From: Malacoraja senta
Taxonomy: Eukaryota
Assembly: GCA_038087875.1 (NCBI GenBank)
Contig: CM075992.1
Location: 8,744,001-8,808,000 of the forward strand
Direction: 5' to 3'
Length of the DNA stretch: 64,000 bases
The position numbers were made by a program, and so were the translations under genes. Below the pieces are notes generated by a model. The model had not been told where the DNA came from and did no database searches. It saw nothing but the letters and a program-made list of their open reading frames with translations. Position 1 is the first letter of the stretch, and every line of letters begins with the position of its first letter. Shown here in pieces: positions 63,751-64,000 of this stretch.

Positions 63751-64000
63751 CGAGAGGGTGAGACAAGTCCTTGCCACAGATTGGCAGCAGCGAGGTGAGC
63801 AATGGGCGAGAGCTTCTGCCCTTCCACTGAGATCTCACAGTGGGTGGGCGCAGGGCTGTGTTCCTTCTGTCTCTCCCTCTCCCCTCACTCTCAATCTGAA
63901 GAAGGGTCTTGACCTGAGACGTCACCTATTCCAGAGACGCCGCCTGTCCCGCTGAGTTACTTTTGTGTCTATTTTCGGTTTAAACCAGCATCTGCAGTTC

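Noticed and set aside
63397..63925. Cys/Val- or His/Thr-rich ORFs
   Set aside because: Translations of a (CA)n microsatellite.
58508..64000. Further HOOK2 exons (16 onward)
   Set aside because: No segment resembling the expected LNQQ...LQKALQEQG exon was found. These exons are probably in the gap or beyond the window.

Overview
Vertebrate genomic DNA, most likely a cartilaginous fish (skate/ray), inferred from abundant HE1-type V-SINEs and HER1/CR1-type LINEs. The window is dominated by a plus-strand HOOK2 gene (dynein/kinesin cargo adaptor). Fifteen coding exons can be traced from the ATG at 10749 to 58507 with GT-AG boundaries, and the 3' exons lie beyond the window. Five single-base indels (exon 5 donor, exon 13, exon 14 donor, two in exon 15) all fall in short G/A runs and most likely are assembly errors. 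A CpG island with NRF1-type motifs precedes the gene and may also drive an unidentified divergent minus-strand transcript. The introns are packed with transposons: HE1 SINEs, CR1/HER1, L2, L1, RTE and Rex1/Babar LINE fragments, Tc1 elements, and Harbinger, hAT and Tigger MITEs. The two most notable signals are (1) many Penelope-derived ~200-240 bp fold-back insertions centred on a minimal hammerhead-ribozyme motif, several with 13-14 bp target duplications, and (2) a Tigger MITE that closely resembles the mammalian MER47 consensus, a horizontal-transfer candidate. A 200-N gap lies at 60587-60786. Family assignments come from recognised motifs, not database searches.
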